Shown here in pieces: positions 58,413 through 59,344 of a stretch of DNA of 59,344 nucleotides (within the stretch, counting starts at the first letter, position 1; every line of letters begins with the position of its first letter). A program made the position numbers and the translations under genes. The stretch spans positions 1 through 59,344 of the forward strand of contig CAZYDR010000007.1 in assembly GCA_964645285.1 (NCBI GenBank), in the 5' to 3' direction. This stretch comes from an uncultured Alphaproteobacteria bacterium (GTDB taxonomy: Bacteria > Pseudomonadota > Alphaproteobacteria > JAAXGF01). A model generated the notes under the pieces. That model had not been told where the DNA came from. It saw only the letters and a list, made by a program, of their open reading frames with translations, and ran no database searches.

Positions 58413-58505
58413 GGTGGGGTGGCCGAGTGGCTGAAGGCGCCGGTTTGCTAAACCGGTTTAGGGTGTAAAGCCCTAACGAGGGTTCGAATCCCTCTCCCAC
58501 CGCCA
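58413..58505 (+). tRNA. tRNA-Ser (GCT)
   Basis: Acceptor GGTGGGG/TCCCACC, anticodon arm CCGGT-TTGCTAA-ACCGG, long variable arm, GGTTCGAATCC, G discriminator plus encoded CCA. Confidence 0.97.
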
Positions 58506-58622
58506 TCCCCATGTCTGTCACCATCCATACAAATACATTAATGTCTACTGTAATCGTTATCCAGTAACGGATACGGGTGTATGTGCGATTGCCAGAGTTT
58601 TCTGGCGTTCGTTCATATCCTG

Positions 58623-58652
58623 TGCTATAATATGGGTAGAAATATGGATAGA
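58623..58652 (+). promoter_or_regulatory. integrase extended -10 promoter with tandem 12-bp arm-type-like repeats
   Basis: TGcTATAAT at 58623-58631; AATATGGGTAGA/AATATGGATAGA at 58629-58652. Confidence 0.55.
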
Positions 58653-58661
58653 GGAGATGGT

Positions 58662-58985
58662 GTGGCGCAAAGAATCAATCGTTTATCTGCTTTGAAAGTC
58701 AAAACGGAGGCCAAGCGGGGCTTTCATGCGGATGGCGGTGGCCTGTATCTGCAAGTCAGCAAGTTTGGCACGAGATCGTGGGTGTTTCGTTTTACGCTGA
58801 ATAAACGGTCCCGCGAGATGGGACTTGGTCCCCTTCATACAGTCTCATTGGCGGAGGCAAGAGAGGAAGCCCTTAAATGCCGCCGGCTCTTGCGCGGGGG
58901 CGTTGACCCCATTGAACAGCGCAAGCTCATACGCGGGCAGGCCCAGGCTGAGGCTGTGAAGGTCCCCGACCAAAGAGGTCAATGA
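58662..58985 (+). pseudogene. truncated P4-like tyrosine integrase (arm-binding DUF4102 domain only)
   Basis: RLSALKV, DGGGLYLQV, RSWVFRF...REMGLG....VSLAEARE.A...R..L..GVDP; similarity ends after ~100 aa and no catalytic domain follows. Confidence 0.88.
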
Positions 58986-59344
58986 GTATGGCGCTGATAC
59001 GGTCAGCACCAACCACTATAGACGGGGCTATAAAGCCCCAGAGCAGTGCGTAGCGGCTCCGTGACGAAAACTACAGGGCATCGAGCCAGTTGGCAAAACT
59101 GACGACGTATATCGCTCTGTGACAATTGTCGCTGGCGTCATCAGCGCTTGATTGCTATAATTCCTCGCACATTAGGAGTAGGGCTGTCGCCCTCGCCAAC
59201 CTGCCGACCCGGCAAGGTGGTATCCCGAAAGGGAGATGTGGCCAAGGACGGCAACTAATGGGTCCTCAAGCCAAATCAGATCGTCAGGGTTTCTCGGTTT
59301 GTCCGTGGGAGAGGCCTCAATTTTGACAGGTCCACTACATTTCT

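Larger units (their letters stand above)
58506..59344. mobile_element. left end/remnant of a genomic island integrated at tRNA-Ser
   Basis: Drop in GC right after the tRNA 3' end; P4-like integrase fragment with promoter and tandem repeat. Confidence 0.65.

Noticed and set aside
59126-59326. 66-aa ORF at the window end
   Set aside because: TTG start, no RBS or recognisable motif; likely island debris.

Overview
High-GC alphaproteobacterial chromosome segment, probably Rhodospirillales-like (inferred from gene content and order). A core backbone (dac-clpS-clpA, DUF482 GNAT-ridA-eipB, radC-map-sfsA, rnr-topA-dprA-plsY-pyrC-pyrB, ruvX, gatCAB, tRNA-Ser(GCT) followed by a truncated P4-like integrase) is interleaved with accessory catabolic genes for amine/guanidino/sulfur/glutathione chemistry. 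Not explained by ordinary annotation: (1) a family of 80-100 bp palindromic elements whose arms are 3 x 8-bp CACCAAGG-type tandem units; two copies bracket a cupin gene and have oppositely oriented cores; (2) a Sel1-repeat gene bounded by a perfect 14-bp direct repeat, like an integrated cassette; (3) an in-frame ~63-65 aa HTH-like insertion in an otherwise typical AcdA-type desulfinase; (4) two sigma54 promoters sharing paired GGCA-N5-TGCC (FlbD/ftr-like) boxes, plus CtrA, MarR and ArsR operators and a duplicated 18-bp promoter motif; (5) up to nine broken genes with readable lesions (TAG stops at probable Trp codons, a 5-bp duplication in radC, a microhomology deletion in a diguanylate cyclase) and substitutions in normally invariant motifs of essential proteins, suggesting ongoing genome erosion. 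No CRISPR array, rRNA or intact transposase was seen. All product calls come from motif recognition without database searches; many starts were moved downstream of the ORF-track start to the most plausible ATG/GTG.
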